Below, piece after piece: positions 13,613 to 24,102 of a DNA stretch of 64,000 bases. How positions within the stretch are numbered: the first letter of the stretch is position 1; each line of letters begins with the position of its first letter. A model generated the notes under the pieces. The model saw only the letters and a list, made by a program, of their open reading frames with translations, was not told where the DNA came from and ran no database searches. Made by a program: the position numbers and the translations under genes. Origin of the DNA: Ranitomeya imitator (taxonomy: Eukaryota); the NCBI RefSeq assembly GCF_032444005.1, contig NC_091283.1, positions 739,660,001 through 739,724,000 of the forward strand. The letters are read 5' to 3'.

Positions 13613-13892
13613 ATGTAAGCCCCCCCGCATAAACTGAAAATAAATAAAGCGGGGGTCTCATGTCCCCATGGACCTTGCTATGAGCTTAGTTTATTAGTTT
13701 TCCTCACTTTTTAGCAATGTAAATTTCAGTCAGAATCTATGTGATTCGTGACAGACTGTTTTTTTCCAGTTTTTGAGCGCTATTTTTCCCTGCATTTTCA
13801 TTGGTGGAGAGCGTTTTGGCGGTTTTTATTTATTTACAAATCTGACTGACAGCTGTCATTACCTCAGTTGCTGGCGCAAGAGCAACGAAGAG
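13613..13892 (+). repeat. Ngaro repeat A1
   Basis: Direct copy at 18616-18895, offset 5003. Confidence 0.95.
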
Positions 13893-13905
13893 GTACCACG
13901 CTGCC

Positions 13906-15393
13906 ATGGAGAAGCTATTCCAGGAAGTTTTAGCTAGGGCAGGTGGCCAGGATGGCTTAGGCTGGCTAAAAAGCTGCCTAGCAATGAAGGAAACGCCGGT
14001 GGGCACTGAAGTTATCCCTCCTCCTACCGAACCGGAGGCATTCCCCCCACTTTCAAGCCCGGTACCTGCCGCCCAGCCAGCGTCGAGCGCTGTATCGCGC
14101 TCCAGGAGGTCAAGGTCTGTCTCAGCGGCAGCGGCGGATTCTCCGGCGCCCAAGCGTAGCCAACGTGACGCCGGAAATAAACCGTGACGCTGCGCCTCAG
14201 CGAAGTCCCGCAGCCCGGCGAGAGATGTCGGCCGTCGCCCCTTAGATGAACCGGCGACGTCATCTCAAGCAGCCGGAAAGGCAGGAGTGGGGCAGGGCCG
14301 TAAAAGCGCTGCGGTCCCCTCCTGCTCTCTCTCCAGAGCGGCCATCTTTGCATCGGACCTGCAGGGAAGGTCGGCTCCAGCGGCTGCTGCACAGTCCTCA
14401 GAAGATGAAGAGGATCTTCAATCAAGTTCCTTCAGAGAGCCGCGCTCGCCTAATCCCATGGGCTTGAGCGCAAGCATTTCTGGTGAGCGTCGCCGGGAGG
14501 TACAGCCTGACAGGGGTGAGAACATTAATCAAATTTTACTTAATAGTGAATTGAGGGATTTTATCAAATCAGTAGTGTGTGAAGCTATGGGGGATGTTGT
14601 ACCCACTCCCCCTCCCCTTCCCTCATCCGTTCCTAAGATTACTATTGACTCTATGCGTATCGATACGCCTTCTATAGCTTCCATCCCATTAAATCCTTTT
14701 AAAGAGGCTCTAACTTGTGAACTGTCTCCACTTGGTTTCCATTTAAGTTCCTCGGTTAAGGAGCTTATTTGGAACAATAATTTTATCGATATATTTTCTC
14801 TTATCCCTCGCAGAGATCAGCCCCCGAAGTCTGATAAAAAAGAGGACAGAGCAGATTCTGAGGATAGTAGGCGTAACATTAGATCGTTTAACAACTGGAT
14901 ACAAGCCTTTGCTATATACGCTGCAGTTTTGGGGGAGAAATCCCCTAAGCTTTGCAGTAGCTTGTTTCAGCACGTCGATATTATCTTAGAAGCTTATAGA
15001 AATTTCGGCTGCTCTGCTTGGCTTCACTATGATGAGGCTTTTAGGCATAAGCTATCTGTTCACCCTGAGGTTAAATGGGGTACGAAAGATATCGGGTTGT
15101 GGATTAACCTCATGCTGCCGTCAAGACAAGTCGCGGGTAGGCAAACGGTTAATTCCTTTCCTAAAAGAGGCGTCTGCTTCGCCTTTAACGAATCCTTTTG
15201 CAAATGGAGTAATAATTGCCGGTTCAGGCACGAGTGCTCCTTCTGTGGTAATGCCCATCCGATGTCCAAATGCTTTAAGAAGCAGGCAGCCCAGCAATCT
15301 GCAAGTAAGGATCCTAACCCAAAAGGCCCGGACGCCAGTGAATTTGGAAAATATGGTTCACTGGCTAAACAGATTCCCAAACAAGGAGAGTAG
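13906..15393 (+). CDS. Ngaro Gag-like ORF1, interrupted by one in-frame TGA (14185-14187)
   Basis: ORFs 13906-14187 and 14287-15393 share a frame, separated by a single TGA (probably CGA>TGA). The C-terminal zinc finger CFAFNESFCKWSNNCRFRHECSFCGNAHPMSKC is C-x7-C-x5-C-x3-H followed by C-x2-C-x3-H-x4-C. Confidence 0.85.
14480..14488 (+). promoter_or_regulatory. Predicted 5' splice donor CTG|GTGAGC (phase 1) inside gag
   Basis: Close to consensus; falls after the first G of the Gly codon 14482-14484. Confidence 0.65.
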
Positions 15394-16907
15394 TCAGCTC
15401 TTGTTTGAGGGTTTTTATGATGGCTTTCATGTACCCCAGTTCAAAGGGAAGGGTTGCATTATAGTAAATAATTTATCCTCCATTTCTGCTTTTCCAGAAG
15501 TTGCTAGGGAAAAAATCCATAATGAGTTAGTATTAGGTAGGGTGGCTGGCCCTTTTATGTCCCCCCCCTTTTTAAATTTTCGCATCTCACCTCTGGGGGT
15601 CGTACCTAAAAAAGATTCCGGTTCATTTCGTTTAATTCACCATCTTTCGTATCCGCCAGGCCACTCTTTAAATGATGAAGTTGATAAGGAATGTTGTTCA
15701 GTTTCTTACTCTTCCTTTGACGGTGCATTGGATTTGCTAAGGAAATTCGGTTCCTTTGCATTAATGGCGAAATCCGATATTAAATCGGCTTTTAGGATTC
15801 TACCAGTTCACCCTATGGGTTTTAACTCATTAGGTTTCCATTTTGATGGCTGTTTTTTTTTTCGATAAATGCCTCCCAATGGGCTTTTCATTGTCATGCT
15901 TTTACTTCGAGACGTTTTCCGTTTTTTTGCATTGGATTTTACAATCCAACAGTAAGGAAGCAGGGATATTGCACTACCTGGATGATTTCCTTTTCATAGG
16001 TCCTCCTCATTCACTTGTATGTCAGGACACATTTTTTCGAATGTGCTCTCACTTTGGCGTTCCTATCGCGATTGATAAAACTGTTGGCCCTTGTAATCGA
16101 ATTGAATTTTTAGGCATCACAATCGATTCTGAAAAAATGGAAGCTATTCTCCCTGAGGATAAGGTTGCCAAGCTGCGTGCTTCTCTTTCTGAATTTTTGT
16201 CTAAGGATAAAATCTCTCTCAAAGATCTTCAAGCGCTTTTAGGCCTGCTGAACTTTGCTCTTCAGGTAATTCCAATGGGCCGAGTCTTTTCTAGGAGTTT
16301 GTACGAAGCCACCAAAGGTTTTTCTTCACCTAAATGCCATATTCGAGTTCGCTCTGAGCTCAAGGAGGACGCTAGAATTTGGCTGTCATTTTTGTCCGAT
16401 TTTAATTGTAAATCGGTTTTACAATCTCCTTTTATCAATGCGGATTCTATTCCTCTGGTTTTCTCCGCAGATATTTCCTTAGGTGTCAGCTTGGTATGTT
16501 CATCTCATTGGGTTCGCTTGAATTGGCCTGATGATTCCGATATTATCAGGGTCATGAATAATTCTCTGCTCTTAGAGCTTTTTGCAATTTTTTCACTTAT
16601 CTTCATCTGGGGCAAAAACTTGCAAAATTCAAGAATTCTGTTGTTCTCCTCTAACCAAGCAGTCGTTTTTGCCATCAACACCCTTTCTTCAAAGAATCGT
16701 CAGGCCGCAAAGATTTTGAGACAACTGGTTTTTCTATGTTTGAAAAACAACGTATGGCTGAAGGCGAAAGTGGGCTATAGCAAATTTAAATCGTTAACTG
16801 AGATGTTATTGAATAGTCAGTGGACTAATTTTTCCCAACAGGTTCCGCTAGCAGACAAGGAAGCGACCCATTGTCCTCCATCAGTTTGGGACGTGATCTC
16901 AGCCTAG
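15029..16907 (+). CDS. Ngaro reverse transcriptase / RNase H-like ORF, +1 frameshift in a T10 run (15853-15862)
   Basis: Motifs ISPLGVVPKK, FRLIHHLSYP, AKSDIKSAFR, CLPMG and HYLDDFLF. Removing one T joins ORFs 15029-15868 and 15843-16907. The frame overlaps the gag 3' end. Confidence 0.92.
16823..16841 (+). promoter_or_regulatory. Predicted branch point and 3' splice acceptor upstream of YR
   Basis: GACTAATTTTTCCCAACAG|G. The YR frame is closed by TAA 16826-16828 and opens here. Confidence 0.65.
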
Positions 16908-17794
16908 TTCCGCATTTTATTGAAAATTCCCTGTCCAAACGATCGTGGGCTGACTACTCGGCCGCATGGAAAAAATGGTCTGATTTTTGTGTTCTTCACG
17001 GGTTTAATGCATTGACTTCCGACCCTTTTGTTGCTCTGCAATTTGCGGAATCTTTACTTAAGAAGAATTTATCTTACTCTGCGTTAGCAAAATGCTTCGC
17101 AGGAGTCTCCTTTTTCCTGAAGGCCCACGGGGAATCTGCGTTGACTGACCTCCTTCTGGTTAAACAATTCTTGAAGGGCCTAAAACGAGAGAATTTTGTA
17201 CCAGCTCCAGACGTCCCATTTCCCTGTCGTTGCTAAGAAACATTTGTTCAGTGCTGATTAATGTCTGCTCAAACCCAGAGGAAGCACTGTTGTTTAACGC
17301 CATATTCTTAATTTGTTTTTTTGGAGCTCTTAGAGTCGGCGAGATAGTGTCTTATAAGAAAGCTGAGCCATCCGGGCTCAGGCTGGAGGACGTTAAAATT
17401 TTTGATTCCCTCCTTTTAGTGTTTATTAGAAGTTCTAAAACAGATCAAATGGGAAGAGGTAGTGAAATTTGTTTGAAATCTTTTGATGACAAAACTATTT
17501 GCCCAGTTTTTAATTTTTCCAAATGGATTGTGGTTAGGCCTGCGGTGCAGGGCTCGTTGTTTTTGCATAAAGATGAATCACCAGTCACTGTATTTCAGTT
17601 CAATTTTATTTTGAAAAAATGTCTATCTTTTTTGGGAAAGAGTCACCTCAGGATATCCTCTCATTCGTTTAGGATAGGTGCGGCTACGGAAGCCTCTAGA
17701 GCCGGCTTATCTGATGCCAGAATCAAAAAAAATGGGTAGATGGGAATCGAATCGTTTTAAACTGTACGTTCGACATCATTTATATGCTGACTAA
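16842..17794 (+). CDS. Tyrosine recombinase (two frameshifts: -1 near 17204, +1 in the A8 run 17725-17732)
   Basis: Catalytic motifs FFGALRVGE (R), RSSKTDQ (K), SHSFRIGAA (HxxR) and, after repairing the A run, MGRWESNRFKLYVR (W, Y). Stop TAA at 17792-17794. Confidence 0.92.
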
Positions 17795-17812
17795 TTATTT
17801 ATTTTCTTTTAG
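17787..17812 (+). promoter_or_regulatory. Predicted branch point and 3' splice acceptor upstream of the hydrolase
   Basis: CTGACTAATTATTTATTTTCTTTTAG|G. The hydrolase frame is closed by TGA 17788-17790. Confidence 0.7.
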
Positions 17813-18402
17813 GTCCAAATATTGTTTGGATTGTTGGCCATTCCTTTATTTTCTGGGCCCAGAAGAGGGCTAGTCAGCGTTGTTACTCGGAGAATCTGTC
17901 CTTTAACCCTTCCATTACGCAGGTCTACTGGCATAGCATCCGTGGACTGAAGTGGGCTTCTTTGGTGCATGAGCTAAATAATTGTTTGTTGAAATTTCCA
18001 TACCCGGATTTATTAATCATTCATCTTTCTGGGAATGATCTTGGGAAGATCAATACGCATAATTTATTAGCGGCCATGCGGTCTGATCTTATTTTTTTGA
18101 AACAAAAATTTCCATTTTCTTGTCTCGTTTTTTCCGAGATCATTCCCAGACTTTTTTGGCAGCAACAGCAGTTTGCTTTTATGGATAAAATTCGTAAAAG
18201 GGTAAACCGTGAAATGATGAAATTTTTTCCCCTTTTAGGAGGCTTTTCTTTTAGGCATGTGGATTTAGAGGGGTTTTTACCTGGTCTGTTTAGACAAGAT
18301 TTGGTTCACTTGTCCAACATAGGACTTGACATTTTTAATCTGAACTTGGGCAACATAGTTGAAAAATGGCTGTGTGGTTTGGGGGGGCCTCGACTCTGTT
18401 AG
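17813..18402 (+). CDS. SGNH/GDSL-like hydrolase domain, uninterrupted and lacking its own start codon
   Basis: Block I is VWIVGHSF (Ser codon 17842-17844), then IRGLKW, block III HLSGNDLG, and block V RQDLVHL (DxxH). The first Met lies downstream of the nucleophile. Confidence 0.85.
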
Positions 18403-18412
18403 TCTTGGCCTT

Positions 18413-18621
18413 GTGGGATAAATCACCCATGTATGGGTGGATTTGGACATTTGGAATTTTTGGAGAATTTTAAATATGTTATTTCGGAAGTTTATTTATT
18501 GGAAGTATTTTATGGTATTTTATGTAACCCTGAATAAAACCGCACGGCCATTTTATTCCACTTTAAATTAAATCTGTGTCCAGAGTGTTTATTTCGGCAT
18601 GGGTTCTATGGGGACATGTAA
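18413..18621 (+). repeat. Ngaro repeat B1
   Basis: Direct copy at 18948-19143. B1 has 14 extra nt (18598-18611). Confidence 0.93.
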
Positions 18622-18895
18622 GCCCCCCCGCATAAACTGAAAATAAATAAAGCGGGGGTCTCATGTCCCCATGGACCTTGCTATGAGCTTAGTTTATTAG
18701 TTTTCCTCACTTTTTAGCAATGTAAATTTCAGTCAGAATCTATGTGATTCGTGACAGACTGTTTTTTTCCAGTTTTTGAGCGCTATTTTTCCCTGCATTT
18801 TCATTGGTGGAGAGCGTTTTGGCGGTTTTTATTTATTTACAAATCTGACTGACAGCTGTCATTACCTCAGTTGCTGGCGCAAGAGCAACGAAGAG
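18616..18895 (+). repeat. Ngaro repeat A2
   Basis: Copy of 13613-13892. Confidence 0.95.
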
Positions 18896-18947
18896 CCCAC
18901 CCTCCCTCCCTTTATGTCATCGTTCCTCCTGTCGTGTGGTTTTAATC

Positions 18948-19143
18948 GTGGGGATAAATCACCCATGTATGGGTGGATTTGGACATTTGGAATTTTTGGA
19001 GAATTTTAAATATGTTATTTCGGAAGTTTATTTATTGGAAGTATTTTATGGTATTTTATGTAACCCTGAATAAAACCGCACGGCCATTTTATTCCACTTT
19101 AAATTAAATCTGTGTCCAGAGTGTTTATTTCGGGGACATGTAA
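18948..19143 (+). repeat. Ngaro repeat B2
   Basis: Copy of B1, ending GGGGACATGTAA. Confidence 0.93.
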
Positions 19144-19342
19144 ATGATCAATGTATGTATAAGGATTAATGATCGGGATAAATGGTTACATGACATGTCT
19201 TGCATCCTACAAAAGACCTAATAAATGTATGTTTGTAGAGCATCACAAAAAAAGAGAAACAAAGCATTGCAAAGTCAACATAGAATATTTTACGTACATA
19301 TAATAGCTCAAAACAGATTTCTACAATAAAGACCCCAAGTTA

Positions 19343-20341
19343 GGCCAGTCTCACACGTCCCAATAATTCCGGTACCGGAAAAATCGGTACCGGAATTATC
19401 CGTGTCCGTGTGCTTACCATGAACTTCAGTGTGGCACACGTGCGGCAGCGGTGTGCCGCCTGTGTGCCAACTGGGTACCACACGGACCATGCAGGAGACA
19501 GTGCTACAAGTAAGCGCTGTCCCCTGCATCTGGTGCTGAAGCCGCCATTCATATCTTCTCTCCAGCAGCGTTCGCTAGAGAAAAGATATGAAAAATCCTT
19601 TTTTTTTTTTTTCGTGTTTAAAATAAAGATCCCTGTCCCCTCCCCCCTCCTGTGCGCCCGGCCGCTGTTACTAAAATACTCACCCGGCTCCCTCGAAGCG
19701 TCCTCTCCGCGCCGCACCATCTCCTGTATGAGCGGTCACGTGGTGCCACCCATTACAGTCATGAATATGCGGCTCCACCTCTATGAGAGGTGGAGCCGCA
19801 TATTCATGACTGTAATGGGGGGCACCATGTGACCGCTCATACAGGAGAAGCTGGCGCTGAGAGGACGCTGTGAGGGAGCCGGCTGAGTATTTTGTTAACA
19901 GCGGGCGGGCGCACAGGGGGTGGGAGGGGGGTGGGGACAGGGATCTTTATTTTAAACACGAAAAAAAAAGGATTTTTCATATCTTCTCTCTAGCGAACGC
20001 TGCTGGAGAGAAGATATGAATGGCGGCTTCAGCACCACGCTGGGAGGACAGCACTTACTGTAGCGCTGTCTCCTGCACGGCACACGGACTGCACACGGAC
20101 AGCGTCCGTGTGCGGTACGTGTTTTACACGGACCCATTGACTTTAATGGGTCCGTGTAATCCGTGCGCTCCCACGAACACTGACATGTCTCCGTGTTTTG
20201 CACATGGACACACGGTCCGTGAAAACACGCTGACATGTGCAGAGACACATTGATTTCAATGTGTCTACGTGAGTCAGTGTCTCTGGTATGTGAGGAAACT
20301 GACACCTCACGTACCGGAGCCACTGACGTGTGAAACCGGCC
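19343..20341. mobile_element. Harbinger-like non-autonomous element with long internal inverted repeats
   Basis: TIRs GGCCAGTCTCACACGTC and GACGTGTGAAACCGGCC. Segment 19500-19760 is inverted at 19810-20070. Confidence 0.75.
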
Positions 20342-20350
20342 ATAGATATA

Positions 20351-20546
20351 GGCTGGGGTCACACTTGAGAGTGTGATGCAAGAAACTTATCAATACCCGG
20401 CACTGCCGCCAGCACTCAGACCGGAGCATGCGGCTGCATCTATGCAGCTGAACGCTACGTTACTGAGAGCTGGTAGTAGTGCCGGGTATTGATGCGAGAG
20501 ACTCGCGTGAGTTTCTCGCATCACACTCGCAAGTGTGACCCCGGCC
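20351..20546. mobile_element. Small Harbinger-like MITE
   Basis: ATA-GGCTGGGGTCACACTTG...CAAGTGTGACCCCGGCC-ATA. Confidence 0.75.
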
Positions 20547-22515
20547 ATATAGCGAGGATTGTCCTCAAATATCCCTTTCAAGTAATAAAAAGATCATTCC
20601 AAATCTGTACAAAGACAACCCTGGAGGAGCCCCACAAGGAGGAGCTCACCATAACTAAATCACTAGCAAACATCATATTACTTAAAGAAGTATTTTCAAG
20701 TTTGAAAGTTAGGGTACGTGCCCACGATCAGGAATAGCAGCGTTTTGGACGCAGTTCACCTGCACTGTGTCCAAAACGCTGCGTTCTAGGTTATATGGGA
20801 TTAATAGAAATCCCATGCCCTCTGTGCTTCTATTTAACGCTGCGCAAATTCACCTGCAGTTTGGGTTTACGAGCCTCAGCATGTCAATTATCTGCAGCGG
20901 AGATGCTAGTCTCCGCTGCATAGTTTCACCCATAACCATTTATTACATGTCAATTATTTGCAGTGGAGACACTAGTCGATGCTAGGAAATGCTAGTTTCC
21001 ACTGCGTAGTTTCACCTATAGTCATTCATTACATGCAATAAATCCGCATGGTTCACTGAACATGTTACATGCCGCTATCAATCACTGACAGCAGCATTTA
21101 TCATACCCGCGCCAGATTAGCGTCACTAGCTCTGCTCATCAGCGCCTCTATCACATGATTGCGGGTGCCGATGGGTTGGCATATGACAATCACTGTGGTT
21201 GTCATAGCTGGTATGCTATGACGGCTGCCTAGTGTTCATAGCAGATGAGCATTTCTGCTTGAAACAGCACAAGCAGTAGCACAAGCTATCAGAAGCTCAA
21301 AGCAAGTAAAAAGTGAAAAAAGTTTAAAAAAAATAAAAACATTTAAAAGTTTAAATCACCCCCTTTCAAAATATAACAATAAAAAAATACACATATTTGG
21401 TATCACCGCATTCAGAAATGCCCGATCTATCAAAATATAAATATAATTAATCCGATTGGTAAACGGCATAAAGAGAAAAAAAATCAAACCATCAAAATTA
21501 TGTTTTTTTTGGTTGCCACAACATTGCAATAAAATGCAATAACGGGTGATCAGAACATTGCATCTACCCCCAAATGGTAAAAAACGTCAGCTCGGAACTC
21601 AACAAAATGAGCCCTCATTCAGCCCCAGATCCTGAAAAAAGGAGACACTATAGGTCTCGGACAATGGCAACATGTTTTTTACAAATTTCGGGTTTTTTTT
21701 CACCACTTAAATAATAAAGAATCTATACATGTTTGGTATCTGTGAACTCATACTGAGAGAATCATCAGTTTTAGCATTTCGAAAACATTGTAAAAAAATA
21801 AATAAATAAAAAGAATTGTTGTGGAATTGCACTTTTTTGCAATTTCACCACACTTGAATTTTTTTTCCCCATTTTACAGTACACTATATGGTAAAGTCAA
21901 TGGTGTTGTTCAAACGTACGACTTGTCCCGCAAAAAACAAGCTCTCATTGACGGAAAAATAAAAAAAGTTATTGCTCTGGGAAGAAGTGGAGCAAAAAAA
22001 GAAAATGCAAATATGGAAAATCCCAAGGTGCTGAAAGGGTTAAAGGGAATGTATCATCAAAAATATTTTTATATTACTTATTATCCTGAAATCTTACAGT
22101 TGTCACTCTGACTTCTGAGCCTCTCAATAAACTGACACATCCTGTAGTAGAGATTGCTTTTCAACAGTTATCATCATTTCAGGTAGATTTACAATGACAG
22201 ACAACACCGTGATAGACAACACAGGGTCCACTATTCACAATAGGTGATGATCCCAGCATCCCCAGAAACCTCTCCTGGAGAAGACATTAAATATCTCCTC
22301 CTGTTCCTCCTACAGTCCCTGTGGCTACAATAAAGCATCTCAGGCAACATTGATGCCACTATAATTATGTACATGAAATACAGAAAATTGTCAAGAAATA
22401 AAAACAGTTAAAACAATATTCATATTTTTATTCTATTCAGTATATACAGCTCTGGCAAAAATTAAGAGACCACTGCAAAATGTTCTGTTTGTCTGTTTCT
22501 ACTCTTTTTTAGGTA

Positions 22516-24102
22516 CCGTACATACTCGAGTATAAGCCGACCCGAGTATAAGCCGACCCCCCTAATTTTGCCACAAAAAACTGGGAAAACTTATTGACTC
22601 GAGTATAAGCCTAGGGTGGAAAATGCAGCAGTTACCGGTAAATTTCAAAAGCAAAAATAGATACAAATAAAAGTAAAATTAATTGAGACATCAGAAGGTT
22701 AAGTGTTTTTGAATATCCATATTGAATCAGGAGCCCCATATAATGCTCCATAAAGTTTGATGGGCCCCATTAGATGCTCCATATTAAAATATGTCCCATA
22801 TAATGCTGCATAAAGGGTAATAAGGGCTTCATAAGATGCTCCATAGAGATATTTGCCCCATATAATGCTGCACAAGCGCTATGGCCCCATAAGATGCTCC
22901 ATACAGTCACTTGCCCCATATAGTGCTGTACAAGTGTTATGGCCCCATACAGATGCTCCGCACAGCTACTTGCCCCATATAATGCTGCACAAGTATGGCC
23001 CCATAAGATGCTATGCACAGCTACTTGCCCCATATAATGCTGCACAAGTGTTATGGCCCCATAAGATGCTCTGCACAGCTACTTGCCCCATATAATGCTG
23101 CACAAGCGTTATGGCCCCATAAGATGCTCTGCACAGCCACTTGCCCCATATAATGCTGCACAAGTATGGCCCCATACAGATGCTCCGCACAGCCACTTGC
23201 CCCTTATAATGCTGCACAAGTATGGCCCCATAAGATGCTCTGCACAGCTACTTGCCCCATATAATGCTGCACAAGTATAGCCCCATAAGATGCTCCGCAC
23301 AGCCACTTGCCCCTTATAATGCTGCACAAGTATGGCCCCATAAGATGCTCTGCACAGCCACTTGCCCCATATAATGCTGCACAAGTATGGCCCCATACAG
23401 ATGCTCCGCACAGCCACTTGACCCATATAATGCTGCACAAGTATGGCCCCATAAGATGCTCTGCACAGCTACTTGCCCCATATAATGCTGCACAAGTGTT
23501 ATGGCCCCATAAGATGCTCCGTACAGTCACTTGCCCCATATGCTGTGGCTGCCATAAAAAAAAATCACATACTCACCTGTCTTCGCTCAGGACCCCGGCA
23601 CTGTCACCTGCTCCTTGTGCGGCTCCGTCTTCGGCACTGACGCTCAGCAGAGGGCGCGCACTGACTACGTCACTGCGCCCTCTCACCTGAGCGTCACTGC
23701 TGAAGACAGAGCGACACCCGGACCGAGAAGCAGGTGACTATCGCGCAGCGCTCCCCCTCCCCGTATACTTACCTGGTCCTGGCGCTGCGTCCCTGCTTCT
23801 TCCCCGGCGCTGCATCTTCTTCCTGTATTGAGCGGGCAGCGTCACCGCTCATATACAGTAATGAATATGCGGCTCCACCTCTATGGGGAGTGGAGCCGCA
23901 TATTCATTACTGTATATGAGCGGTGCCATGTGACCACTCAATACAGGAAGAAGATGCAGCGCTGGAAGAAGCAGGGACTGCAGGGACCGCGCCGGGAGCA
24001 GGTAAGTATAATTACACAGCCCCCGCTCCCCCTCCCGTGCCGACCCCCGGGTATGACAAAAAAATGGGCTGAAAATCTCGGCTTATACTCGAGTATATAC
24101 GG
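22516..24102. mobile_element. Tc2-like MITE nested in the Tc1 element
   Basis: TA-CCGTACATACTCGAGTATAAGCCGA...TCGGCTTATACTCGAGTATATACGG-TA. Confidence 0.85.
22740..23545. repeat. Minisatellite, ~55-58 bp dimeric unit
   Basis: The unit GCCCCATATAATGCTGCACAAGTAT-GGCCCCATAAGATGCTCTGCACAGCTACTT is repeated about 13 times. Confidence 0.95.

Larger units (their letters stand above)
13613..19143 (+). mobile_element. Ngaro-type tyrosine-recombinase retrotransposon (split direct repeats A1-ORFs-B1-A2-B2), near full length
   Basis: A1 is 13613-13892 and A2 is 18616-18895 (280 bp, identical by eye). B1 is 18413-18621 and B2 is 18948-19143. Internal gag, RT/RH, YR and SGNH frames are present. ATGTAA occurs at both ends and at the B1/A2 junction. 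Confidence 0.95.

Noticed and set aside
13830-15380. Antisense ORFs over the Ngaro gag
   Set aside because: Shadows of GC-rich coding sequence with no independent motifs.
22770-23690. Cluster of repetitive ORFs (MQHYMGQVAV..., MPHIMLHK...)
   Set aside because: Translations of the minisatellite. The array is not CRISPR because it has no unique spacers.
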